Shown here one piece after another: positions 41,088 through 54,094 of a stretch of DNA of 64,000 bases. The stretch lies in NCBI GenBank assembly GCA_048128005.1, contig JBEUKZ010000080.1:1-64000 (forward strand), given 5' to 3'. The stretch comes from Veleropilina oligotropha (taxonomy: Eukaryota). The notes under the pieces were generated by a model. It saw only the letters and a program-made list of their open reading frames with translations, ran no database searches and was not told the DNA's origin. Within the stretch, counting starts at the first letter, position 1, and each line of letters begins with the position of its first letter. The translations under genes were made by a program, and so were the position numbers.

Positions 41088-44000
41088 AACAGTATTCTAA
41101 TCTTGTTTATTGAGTAATTAAAATAAGTCGTCTGCTGCAATGCTATGAATGCCAATCAACAACTGTCCACTGGAACCGGTCTCGTACTTCCGTTCGGTGA
41201 GATTTTATTGCGATAAAACGTACTTTTTTCTCGATATTGTTGTACTACGGGTTTGTATTTCTTAAAATATTGGATTGACGGAATGTTTAATATCTAATGA
41301 ATCGATTGATGTATGGATTGGCTACAGACAGTGCATTAATTTGACGTTTGGACTGCCATACTATGGTGGGATGTGTAAAATCTGTGGAAATCCATTTTTG
41401 AAGATGCATGCCTTCTCTTTTTCATACACACGGGTGTCTGTTGACCCGTGACGTCATTTGATTTGACCTGGCTGGGGAATTCCCCGTTTCACGTGGCGAA
41501 ATAACACCAGAGCACTCACTTATCAACAGACTGTTGGTGTAGGCTAACTTATCGACAAAGCGGTTAATATGCTACAGGTGCTACCTATTGACGAGCACGC
41601 AGATTACTAGTATATAATATAGGCCTATACGTCAGGGAAATATACCAATAAAATCGACTATGACAAAGATTGACCACAGACCAGCAAATCTCTCATTTGT
41701 TAAATGTAGCCACGACCCGACCTTCGTTTCGGCAAAGTCCGCTTCAAAACGCATGATGTCATGTCGCGTAAATCGATCATGGCAAGAATAGTCTCTCGAC
41801 ATTCGCGCGCATAATTCTATTTCCGTTTTCAGTTTGTAACATCGATTTTTATTTCATAGTATGTTGTAGAGTTATCTGCCCTTGTATTCGTTCTTTTGTC
41901 TTTTTCGTATGTATACGCATTTATGTGTAAGCTCGCACTGCGTGCTCGCTATAAATGATGTGATAGATATAAATGAAAATAAACAATTAAGTTACCCAGC
42001 CGGCAAAAGACGTTGAAACAAGTGCACATGCGTCGATCGGGAAGGACGAAAAAAAACTTTGCTCCTGAAATTTGGCAACGAATTACTAATTTCGGCCGAA
42101 ATACGGGCTCTCGTGCAAAAAACATTGTTCAGGAAAAAACCGTAGTACATCCTACAACTAACGACGCAAGAAAATCGCCGTTAATACGACCAATCGCTCA
42201 AAATTTTCGAATCTGCTGAATCCAACCACCAAAAGCCACGGCCGCCATCTTGTTGCCCAGACTCGCGCGCGAGATGGACCATGCAGCGAAGCTAAAAACC
42301 AGCTAAGATTACTTTCTATCAACTAAATAGCACCTAGAAACTAAAACAATGTTTAAATCCGAATGTATGACAGTATTATTGTGCTTTTTAACCCTAATCA
42401 GTAATATGTCTCACCGAAACTATCGAATCGGACGATGCGGACCATACCAAAAATGTTCCAGATATAGCCTTTTGGGAAATGCTCGACTCCCGTGACCCTG
42501 ATATAATCATCGGCTGCGAAACATGGCTAAATTCGTCAGTAATGAACAGTGAATTTCCCCCCCTCGGCTATCAAATATACCGAAAAGATAGATGTGATGG
42601 TTACGGCGGAGTCTTAATTGCTACGAAAGACTGCCTCATCAGTGAAGAACTTAATACTAGTATTGAATCAGACACAGAACTCTCAGCAGTCACCATCAAG
42701 TCTACAAATGGGATCAACCCGTTGATTATTTGTTCGGCATACAGGCCACCAAATAGAGACATTGACTATGCACAAAAAGTATGCGACACAATTAAAGACA
42801 TCTCGCTACATAATCCAAAGGCGACAGTAAGGGTAGCCGGAGATTTTAATCTGCCCGATATAAATTGGGACAACGACGGCCATAGATACCCGAAGGCGAT
42901 AAATGAAACATTTTGTTCAACTATCCACCAAATCGGCTCCGAACAAATTGTGAACTTTCCCACGCGAGATGACGCCACCCTCGACCTCTTCATAACAAAC
43001 CGACCCTCTCTGATACTCTGATGTGAACCCTTACCCGGAGTGAGCGACCACGACGCTGTTATAGTCGAGTCTAATACATCTACCATACTCCTAAAGCCAG
43101 CGTGTAGAAAACTATACCTACGGAAGAAGGCTAACATCGATGCAATCAAGCAAAAATGTGCTGATCTGTCAGACATCACATCCACATTGACGAACACGAA
43201 CCCGTTGACAAGATCTGGTCCTTACTTAAATCGCAGCTGATATCCACCATGGAGTGTGACGTCCCGTCAAAGTGGTCCTCAACTCGTTACAGCCAGCCAT
43301 GGATCAACCGCAAAGTGAAGAGCATATCCAGGCGTAAAAAACGCTGCTATAAACAAGCCAGGTCTTCGAACAACCCCAAAACCTGGGAAAGGTATAAAGC
43401 CCTCCAGAAACAGTCATAGTCGACATGCAAGCAAGTTTAAAATTCATACATGCGAGACATTGTTTCATCTGACAAGGAACAATGCAACAAAAAGTTCTGG
43501 GGATACATAAAATTGCTCAAAGTCGACCAAAGTGGAGTCTCACGTTAAAACGGGATGGAATTGTTCATTGTGACGACCGGATAAAAGCCGAAATATTGAA
43601 CGACCAATTTGTGTCCGTATTTACAGAAGAAAACTCAGATCCTCTTCCCGACCTCAGTCACAGCCCTCATCAAGATATCACGGATATTTTGGTGAATGTG
43701 TGGAAAAGCTCCTAAAAGAACTGAACCCACATAAGCCACCTGGCCCTGACAAAATTCCTGGTCGCTTACTCAAAGAAGCTGCTACTGAACTTGCCCCTGC
43801 CATAACCCTCCTTTTCCAAGCCTCTCTAAACCAGGGTACCGTACCTGCCGACTGGAAACATGCTACCATCACGCCACTCTTCACAAAAGGCGAAAGGTAC
43901 AAGGCATCAAACTATCGACCTATTTATCTGACCTCCATCTTGTCGAAACTCCTTGAACATATAGTGCACAGCCATGTCATCAGCAACCTTGATGAGCGGA

Positions 44001-45369
44001 ATGTGCTAACGGATTCACAACATGGCTTCAGAAAACGGCGCTCATGTGAAAAACAACTCATTGTGACCGTCGACGACCTCGCATGAACCTTGGACGAAGG
44101 CGGACAAATAGACGCGATACTGTTGGACTTCAGCAAAGCTTTCGACAAAGCACCACACCACCGATTGCTCCACAAACTCGACCACTATGGAATCCGTGGG
44201 AAAACCAACAAATGGATCGAAAACTTTCTTTGCAATCGCACACAAAATGTATGTAACAACCAGTCCTCAACATCGAGCAAAGTGATAAGCGGCGTTCCTC
44301 AGGGCACAGTCCTAGCCCCCCTCCTGTTTTAATTTTCATCAATGACCTCCCAAACTCGGTCACATCTACAACACGTTTGTTCGCCGACGACTGTCTCCTC
44401 TACAGGAAAATCACCTCCAATCAAGACATTACAACTCTCCAAAACGACCTAGATATCTTACAGGAATGGGAATCAAAATGGCAGATGCAGTTTAATCCTG
44501 ATAAATGTGAAGTTGTGCGAGTAACCAACAAAAGAAAACCGATAGTGAGCACATACTCAAAACATGGAAGAACCCTGAACACCGTCAGCTCTGCCAAATA
44601 CCTAGGACTGACAATCGACTCAAAATTATCATTTAACGAGCACATTCAAAATGTATGTAAAAAGGCGAACCGTACAAATCCATCGAAACACCAAATTATG
44701 TCCTCGAGACGTACGATCAGCCGCTTACACCACCTATGTCCGTCCGCAACTGGAGTATGCATCTTCCGTATGGAACCGCACACCAAATGTAACATCGACC
44801 GCATAGAATCAATCCAGCGTCGAGCTGCTCGATCTGTAATGCGCGATTTCAGTCGCAAGAGCAGTATCACATCTATGCTGAATACGCTTCAGTGGCGGTC
44901 CCTGCAAGAAAGGAGATCGCAGTGCTGCACCATCATGATGTACAGAATCACCAACAACCTGGTCGACATACCTTCCCAAGCATACATCACGCCCAACCTA
45001 CGTGACACCCGAGGAAACCCCGCAAAGTTCTTCGTACCCGCCACGCGCCTCAACGTCTACAAGTACAGTTTTTTCCTGGCCACGGTGAGAATGTGGAATG
45101 TGCGGCCGGTGTAAGATAAAAGGCACCCCCGTTGAAAAGTGACCCTACGGTCACTTTTCAACGTTGAAAACATACCCGCCCCGTTGAAATATGACCCGGG
45201 TGTCTTTTCAACGGCTGCTGCATAAACTGATTGCATAAACTGATTGCACGACTATGAACATAAGTTTTCGTGTTGCGTTATAGCCTCAGTTTTCCTGTAT
45301 ACGCACAATTAATTCACTTTATTACCCAATTAATTCAAGTTATTACCCAAACCAACATGGGTCAAACGT

Positions 45370-46432
45370 TTTTGGCCAGCCTGTTAGGCAAGGCTATAGT
45401 CGTGGACTGGCGTCCGTCGGCGTTGGCGTTGGCGTAGGCGTTGGCGTCCGCTGATCGCTTGCTGTCACATAGAAGACGAACCGCTTGGCCTACCCTTTTC
45501 ATATTTGGCATACACGTTGTATACCATCAGGCCTTGCCTAAGTTCAAAGATGGGTTCACTGGGTCAAAAGTCAAGGTCATTTTCGTGTATTTCCAATCTG
45601 GACTTAAATATTGCTTTCTGTCACATAGAAGATGAACCGCTTGACCTACGCTTTTCATATTTGGTATACACCTTGTATACCATCAGGCCTTGCCTAAGTT
45701 CAAAGATGGGTTCACTGGGTCAAAAGTCAAGGTCATTTTCGTGTATTTCCAATCTGGACTTAAATATTGCTTTCTGTCACATAGAAGATGAACCGCTTGA
45801 CCTACGCTTTTCATATTTGGTATCCTTGTGTACCATCAGGCCTTGCCTAAGTTCAAAGATGGGTTCACTGGATCAAAGGTCAAGGTCATTTTCATGTATT
45901 TACATTCTGGACTTAAAGATTGCTTTCTGCCAAATAGAAGACGAACCGCTGGAACTATGCATTTCATATTTGGTATGCCATCAGGCCTAGCCTAAGTTCA
46001 AAGATGGGGTCACTGGGTCAAAGGTCAAAGTCATTTTCGTGTATTTACATTCTGGACTTAAAGATTGCTTTCTGTCAAATAGAACACGAACCGCTGGACC
46101 GATGCATTTCATATTTGGCATACCATCAGGCCTTGCCTAAGTTCAAAGATGGGGTCACTAGGTCAAATGTCAAGGTCATTTTCCTGTATTTCCGTTCTGG
46201 ACTTGCAAAATTATTTTCTGTCACATAAACGACAAACCGCTAGACCTACACCTTTCATATTTGGTATACACCTTGTTCAAACTGGGTCAGAGGTCAAGGT
46301 CTTATGAACTATTGTCATATATATACTTTTTGACAGTTACTATGAAATTTATGATTGAGTTATTGATTATTTAATCTCTATGGATGTATTATATACAAGA
46401 GGCGGGCCAGTATGATGAGCATACCTCTAGTT
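45370..46432 (+). mobile_element. Helentron-type non-autonomous element (HINE/DINE-like) with an internal ~145-157 bp tandem array
   Basis: subTIR TGGCCAGCCT / AGGCGGGCCA, a (GGCGTT)n microsatellite, about 5-6 units containing AGGCCTTGCCTAAGTTCAAAGATGGG, and a 3' hairpin GTATG..CATAC followed by CTAGTT. A related partial copy lies at 47992-48320. Confidence 0.7.
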
Positions 46433-47567
46433 AATGACTACAGATGACTCAAGCGTAAATCGTGACTGCATCTAACACACTGTTGCTGTTTTGTCACTGT
46501 TCAACATCATCTTGGTATAATAACTCAAGATATACAGTATAATTCTTTTTAAAAAACATGTTTTACGCAAAGCAGAGACATTCCCGTTTAATTGATTTGT
46601 ATTAGTATATCAGATGTTGATCGTCTGTGATTAGTTCCCATATTTGTGCTACATCAGCTACTTATATTTGTATTCGTGAAACTAAAGTGTATGTTTTAAA
46701 TATTGGATCACTGTTTATATTATATGATTGGAGCTGCCGGATTTATCGTGACAAAGGTTGTGTGTGGTATAGAGGGATTATTTAATCAAGAACCATGTCA
46801 TGGTGATCTATGAACATTTCTGTTAATTGACATGCTTAAATATTGTTGACTTAATGTCCAAATTTAATTAGCTGAGAAATTGTTGACTTAAAGCCCAAAC
46901 CAACGCGAGACAAATATGCTTTTATGGCTGTGACTGTACCTAACAAACATCCAATGGATGACTAGTGATAAAAACATTGTTAGAGGAACTTTCCACCATT
47001 TGTCAATATTTTAAAACTTCATATATAACACAATGTTATCATTACTTGTCATTTGTTTGCCCTAGCATTAGATAAATGGAAAATATATTTTTTTTACATT
47101 ATTCTGTTGTTTTTCATCTTACAATAGAGGGAAGTTGGCTATTATCTCCAGACCTTATTTCAAATATCATAGGACATATGAATATGCCTAATTACCATGA
47201 TCAGTTGTTTAGCCTTAAATATATGGTCTATGAATTGGAGTTTTCCAGTATCAGTTAAATAATTTGTTAAACAGATCAAGTAATCTGCAATGGAATTCTA
47301 TTGAATTAAATAGGAGCGACGGGCTCCTGTGTTTCGTCATGTTCCGACAAATATGCATACAAGATAAATCAATTTATGTGAAAGACAAAACAGTTACAAC
47401 ATGAAGGAAACCGTCAAAATTAATATTATTATGTCATGTCACTGGCTTTGTGAGGATCGAGAGCTGGCCTGCGAATTCCGTGTGAGCTGCAAGCGGGCCT
47501 ATAAGCCCAACAACCAGCCATCATGACATATTCATTTTGTGACAATTAATATATTTATTCATATTCT

Positions 47568-47985
47568 TATTACCTCCGCCAAGGATGTTATGTTTTCACT
47601 TTGTTTGTTGTGAATTTGTTGTCGGCAGGATTACTGAAACTTCCTGGAAGTTTTGGACATAGCCCAAGGTTATCCCATAACATTTTGGTGGTGATCCGGA
47701 TTTGGTGGGCCGGGCTATACGATCTAATGATCGAGTGCTATTTGTTTGTCTGTCAGCAGGATTACTCAAAATGTCATGAACCGATTTTCCTGAAATTAGC
47801 TGGAAGTGTTGGACATAGCCCAAGGTTATCCCATAACATATTGGTGGTGATCCGGATTTGGTGGGCCGCGCTATACGATCTAATGATCGAGTGCTATTTG
47901 TTTGTCTGTCAGCAGGATTACTCAAAATGTCATGAACCGATTTTCGTGAAAATAGCTGGAAGTGTTGGACATGGTCCAAGTAATA
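47568..47985 (+). repeat. HINE-like fragment with two ~160-bp tandem units
   Basis: Starts TTATTACCTCCGCCAAGG; duplicated GGACATAGCCCAAGG...GCAGGATTACTCAAAATG. Confidence 0.6.
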
Positions 47986-49389
47986 CTCATCTTTGGCCCG
48001 CCTTCTAGGCATGGCTATAACCGTGGACTGGCGTCCGTCCGTCGTCTGATTGCTTTCTATCACATAGAAGACGAACCGCTGAACTTACTCCTTTCATATT
48101 TAGTATACACCTTGTATACCATCAGGCCTTGCCTAAGTTCAAAGATGGGATCGCTGGGTCAAAGTCGATGTCATTTTCGTGTATTTCTGTTCTGGCACTT
48201 AGAAGATAGATTTCTGTCACTTATAAGATGAACCGCTTAACCTGCAGCTTTCATATTGGGTATACACCGTGTATACCACCATGCCTCTGGATCAAAGGTT
48301 AAGGTTATTTTCGTGTATTACTGAAAACGTTAATATGAACCGAGGAAAATCGAATACCGGTATATCGTCTTGACATGCATTTTTTTACATCAAATGTGGA
48401 TCGAACCTCCCCCAAACGGAAACAGAAATTAAGAAAATATGTCATGCATATTTGAACTACAATGAATTGTTAGTTAGCAAAACAAGGTGACTGGTCATAT
48501 GGGGATACAAGCTTATACTATGTAGACCTACATAGGTAGACTCATGTATGCAGTCATGGGCTTACATAGTTGCTCCAAATTCATTCAGTGACTGCGCTGT
48601 TCCGAAGATTGTGGGTTCGCTTCCCGTCCAAGTCAAAATTTGGAATAACAGCAACACAGTGCACCATACACGGCAGATGGGTTTTCTCGGATATTCCCTG
48701 AATATTCGTGATTTCCTCCAACATTAACATGGGGGTGTCCAAATGTGACATATTCAATACATAGGGCCTAGATTTAATAATAAACATATGATAATACAAG
48801 TCCAGCTTTCTGATTGACTGAATGGGGAACTCTTTTGAATATCGAACAATTCGGTCATATAATTATCGCAGGCTGGTGGGTCTACAGCAAGCAGACGGTC
48901 GGACATCTGACAATTATGTTCCAAGCCAATTCCACCGACAACAATTCGCCACAAAACACAGAACGAATATGCAATATATATATGGCACCGTATAAGCAGG
49001 CGGTTGGCCGATGTCCGGCGAATAATGGATATTATAATACTTATACATGACCTATTGGTCAAAATTCTGACTGTGGGCCTATACCCGTAATCATGCTAAG
49101 TCCATACATGTGTGTAATTCCCATGTAGCTCATGTCAGCTGCGCCAAAATAGGCCCCGAAGCATCCTTGGTTAAAGTTGATTCCAAACAATGTCAAAGTG
49201 TACTATCGGCGATGCGACCTGCGGACACACAAACTAGCAGACATACATACATATATACAGACGCAAAGAGCGGTATATATATAATAAATATATATATTTT
49301 TTTTTATGTATGCATGTATTTAATAGACAACAAGGCAATCAGAGATTACAAACCCTCGCCTGTAGGGCCTCATCAATATAGTAATGGAG

Positions 49390-50160
49390 CAATCAGAAGA
49401 TATGCGAAAATGTGTTTTCCTGATCTTTCGACACCTGTGTCATTGACCCTTGTATACATCTAAACCGCCATTAGAAGACCTATCGAATGACATCATTTGC
49501 ATATATTTACTTCATTTAGATCATAAGTTATATGCGTAAATGCATTTTGGTGACCTTGACCTTTGACCTATATTGATCACAATATTTAATACATCTAAGG
49601 CGCCATGAGAAGACCTTTAGAATGACACCATTTGCATACATTTACTGCATGTAGATCAGAAGATATTTGTGAAAATGTTATTTCGTGACCTTTCGATGGC
49701 TGTGACCTTGACATATATTAATCACAATGTAATATACATATAATGCGCCATTAGAAGACCCTTCGAATGCCGCCATTTGCATGTATTTGTTGCATGTAGA
49801 TCAGAAGATATTTGCGAAAATGTTATTTCGTGACCTTTCGACACCTGTGACGTTGACCTATATTCATCACAATGTTAGATATATCTTTCGAATAACGACA
49901 TTTGCATCTATTTACTACGATGTTAGATACACTAAAGCGCCATTAGATGACCTTTCGAATGACACCATATGCGTCTATTTTCTGCACATAGATCAGAAGT
50001 TATATGCGATAATGCATTTCTTGACCTTAGTGACCTTGACCTTTAATGTACAGTCACCAAATTCGAGGAGGACCGAGCTACAGGAGCACAGAACCTTGTG
50101 TAAAAGTTTCAACTGAATTGGAGCTGTAGATTTTTAGTTATGCTCACGGACAGACAGACG
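49390..50160. repeat. Degenerate tandem array (~140-bp units)
   Basis: Recurrent GCCATTAGAAGACCTTTCGAATGACACCATTTGCAT...GATCAGAAG...TGACCTTGAC. Confidence 0.7.
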
Positions 50161-50320
50161 CCCCCCCCCCCCCCCCCCCAAGGGGGCGAGTGTAATTATA
50201 TGAGAGGCAACATGGTTTTGTTTTGACCAACATATATTGAACGCACTGGCAACGGCCTCAGCGAACATCCATATACCACATAAGAATATATGAATATTTT
50301 ATATCAATTAAAATGTCATA

Positions 50321-50380
50321 TCCCCGACGGGAGTCGAACCAGTGATCTCCGAATGCTTTGACCACTAAGTTACGAGGACC
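50321..50380 (-). mobile_element. tRNA-like SINE head
   Basis: Minus strand reads GTCCTCGTAACTTAGTGGTCAAAGC...GGTTCGACTCCCG (A- and B-box-like); no complete cloverleaf. Confidence 0.5.
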
Positions 50381-52394
50381 CGACGAGAAATATGACATTG
50401 GTATTGATATACGTCACCGTCCTAGGAGCTGGCTCTGGCCTGTATGTATTTAATAGACAATTATATGAGACATGGTTTTGTTTGGACCAACATATATTGG
50501 ACGCACTGGCAACGCACGCCCGTAGTACTTACATACAGGCATGTATGCATACATAGCCTACACACGTAAGTACGTACGTATTTACATACATGCACGCATG
50601 AATGCATACATGTATAGGCCTACATATGACTGCTCAGCAACACGATCGCCGCAGCTGTGTCGAAGTATTGAAGTGGATGGCGTATTTTTGTATGGACCGT
50701 TTAACATACAAAAAGATGTCATATGTAGGATTTTTGCGTATATAATATTATATGGCGAAACCCACTCGCCGTTTTGAGGATACCGTAACTGTTGCTACAA
50801 CGTTGTATTCGTCGTAATTTGAGCCCGTCGTCATCATAAGAGCACAGTCAGTGCTGGAACATGGAGCAGCGCTTAAACCCAGTCGGTCTGTGTCGAAGGA
50901 CAACGAGATGCTCTAGTGACAACATATCGCATGTCACATTAAAGCCGAGTTTCCACTCGTCCGAATGCGAATATTTTCGGTCCTTATATTTTATCATTCG
51001 TTAGTCGTTAGTCGTTTTTCACATTCGGGCGAGAGGAAACACGGCTTTAGACTTGATTCAATAGCCGGGCTCTGGTGTATCTTTGTGTATGTCGGCGGCC
51101 TAGATATAAGTTTCATTGTCTAAATGATACAACAAATACTGAATATATGGAGTCAATATATGCAACCCAAACCGCATATAATTGTTGCATTATGTTTTCA
51201 AACAACATAAAAGAAGATTAATTGCATGAGGGGGGCGGGGGTATAGGGCAAGTCACACGCACGCATATCTCTAAATTAAAAAAACCCAAATATGCATTCA
51301 GCACTATCGACTTTATTCCTGTTCTTGGTTTCAAGACCCGTCTATGCCCACATAGTGGTGACAGTGTCAGCCAGCAGGATCACAGCAAGACTATAATAGT
51401 CCGACAATATATATATATTATAATATTTCAGTCCATATAAAGAGAGCATGTTCAGGCATTTTCGAAATAGAAATATAATGCCTCAAGCCCAAATCATTAA
51501 ATAAGAAATGTACTGCATTCAATTATTTAATCTGTACCTTTGCATAATATGACTATAGGGTGTATATTCGACGGGGTACCTTTCAACCCGTAGGTGGGCC
51601 ATTGAAAAATTCCCCCTCCACCATGTGTAAAAACTTAGCGGGGTCATTATTCAACGTTGAAAAGGTACCCGGGGTCACTATTCAACAGTTGAAAAGTGAC
51701 CATAGGACGTATATTCAACGGGGGTGCCTTTGCAATCCGTGGGTGAGCCATTGAAAAATGACCCCCCATCCGTTGAAAACATACCCGGGGTCATTATTCA
51801 ACGTTGAAAAGGTACCCAGGGTCATTATTCAACGGTTGAAAAGGCACCCAGAGTCATTATTCAACGTTGAAAAGTGACCGTACGGGTCACTTTTCAACGG
51901 GGGTGCCTTTTCAATCTTACACCGGCCGAAGTTGTCACGTCACCCTCCCTGGGTGTGTTCTTGACGAGGCTGATGAAGACTCCGAGCGCGTAGACCGGCG
52001 CTCTGCTTTTAACTGCATATGTTTTGAAGCACATTCTAACCTGCACAACTTTGTATATACACTACGTTTTTCCGGATCGACCTGCGCACGTCCACATTAC
52101 GAAATTGTTCGAAAGAAACTTGTACTTTAATGGAAAGAAAAAACAACAAAAAACAACGTCATTGACGTTGGTACAACGTTCGTTGTCTGCTGGGTAACAT
52201 CTTATATTAGGTTTAATGACTTTATTACGCAAATTTATCTTCCCGCATACAAGTGCCTGTGGTTCCAAATAGTGAAAATAGCACTACTGGGCTAAATATC
52301 TAATCTCCTCCAGGTAAATAACATTACCACTGGCTCTAGTCACACAGCTGGACACTTTTGTGGTATAAAATTCCGCACAAAGGTTGACTATATT

Positions 52395-53808
52395 TTTTTG
52401 TAAGAGGAGTACGTATCCCCCGGTTCTAATAAGGCTCTGGGAGTGGTAGCTTTAAGGGTAGAAAATTGAATTTAATTTTCGGTACCGTCGTCGAAAAACA
52501 GTGCCATAAAAGGGGTACCCCTAATGTATGTTTTTGGCTATAACCCAGTTTATAATCCGCTTAGAAGCTTAATTTTTGTACCTAGGCATGTCAAATTAGA
52601 CTACCGAAAAATATATAGCAAATTCTAATTTTTAAGCTGTGGTAGCCATCTTTGATTTCAAAATGGCCGCCGACAGAATTTGTGTTCGAAACAAAAAATG
52701 ATATAAGTGGTTCATATAGTTGTACCCGTCAAACTACTATATGTATGAGGGTGATATTGTGATTTGTTTTCATGAGGAGGGATGAATAATATTTAAAATG
52801 ACACTTGAATGAGACTGATATTCAATCTGTGAACTGAAATATAGCCGATTTACCATAGCAGGTCAAATATCGAGATATAAAAAAAACGTCTCAAAAAGAT
52901 TTATTCAGCATTTTCTCAGCTATAAAGTCATATGAACTGTTCAATTATGTGATAAAATTCATGATATTTATCTGTGGTTTCAAGACCCAAAAAATGCAAC
53001 TACTAATCTTTTATGTGTGGCGGCCATCTTGGATTTTAAAATGGCCGCCTACTGAATTTATTATATACTAGTAAATGGTTCAACAAACTACAACATGCAA
53101 GAGAGTGTGAATACTCTTTAAAATGACACCTGGTCCGACCTCCAAGATGGCCGCTGTGGCCTCCATCTTGGATTTTAAAGCATAATTCCTTGTGATCGCT
53201 CTAAACAGGTCACTTTTTAACGGATTGTTCTCAAATTTGGTATGTGCATTGGTTGGGGCGAGGACACGACACCTATATATTTTGGGTGTGGTCCGACCTC
53301 CAAGATGGCCGCCACGGCCACCATAATATCGCTCTAGACAGGCCATTTCTTAACGAAATGTTTTCAAGGTTTGTATGTGCATTGGTTTGAGTGAGGACAC
53401 GACACATAGATATTTTGGGTGTGGTCCGACCTCCAAGATGACCGCGGTGGCCTCTATCTTGGATTTTAAAGCATAATTCCTTGTGATCGCTCTAGACAGG
53501 TCAATTCTTAACGGAATGCTTTCAATTTGTACATTGGTTAGGGTGAAGACAAGACACATATATTTCGGGTGTGGTCCGACATCAAAGATGGCCGCCGAGA
53601 GATTGCTCGTGATCGCTTTAGACAGGTCATTTTCTTAACGAATAGTTTTCAAATTCGGTATGTGCATTGGTTGGAGTAAGGACACGACATTTATAAATTT
53701 TGGGTGTGGTCCGACCTCCAAGATGGCGGCTGTGACCTCCATCTTCGATTTTATAGCGCAATTACCGGGGGATACGTATGCAGTTACTCGTGACTGAGCG
53801 TTGTAGTT
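52395..53808 (+). mobile_element. Helentron-type non-autonomous element with an internal tandem array
   Basis: Perfect subTIR TACGTATCCCCCGG (52410-52423) / CCGGGGGATACGTA (53765-53778), 3' hairpin CAGTTAC..GTGACTG then GTAGTT, and repeated GTGGTCCGACCTCCAAGATGG units. Confidence 0.7.
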
Positions 53809-54094
53809 TCATATGAGCTGTTAAATTATGTGATAAAGCCCATGATCTTTATCTGTTGTTCCAAAACAACAAAAAATTTCAAATTCTACTTTTTAAGCGT
53901 TGGCGACAATCTTTGATTTCAAAATGGTGGCCGACTGCATTTGTTTTCGAAAAATGTATACGTGGTTCATGAAGTTGTATCTCAAAAACTGCTAAATGCA
54001 AGATTGTGATTTCTTTTAATGAAGAAGGATGATACTCTTTAAATTGGTAGTCTAATATCGAGATATGGAAAAAAACATCGCAATTTTAGTCTCA

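Larger units (their letters stand above)
45110..51921. mobile_element. Ginger-like non-autonomous DNA transposon (TGT...ACA, CCGG target duplication), 6.8 kb
   Basis: ~60-bp TIRs TGTAAGAT(TG)AAAAGGCACCCCCGTTGAAAAGTGACCC..., subterminal CGTTGAAAA arrays, CCGG at 45106-45109 and 51922-51925. Confidence 0.8.
42479..52157 (+). pseudogene. Decayed LINE (APE + RT), interrupted at 45109/51926
   Basis: GCETWL, YRPP, GDFN, SDH; NYRP, QHGFR, DFSKAFD, GVPQG, FADD; several stops and frameshifts. The frame WNVRP/AEVVTSPSLGVF rejoins across the insertion. A-rich tail at ~52130-52157. Confidence 0.88.
41995..52194. mobile_element. Probable short CCCAG-ended non-autonomous DNA element (EnSpm/CMC-like) split by nested insertions
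   Basis: TA-CCCAGCCGGCAAAAGACGTTG at left and CAACGTTCGTTGTCTGCTGGG-TA at right are imperfect inverted repeats. Confidence 0.5.

Noticed and set aside
45441..48231. ORFs of 60-160 aa in the satellite arrays
   Set aside because: Repeated peptides arise from the tandem units and there is no coding signature.
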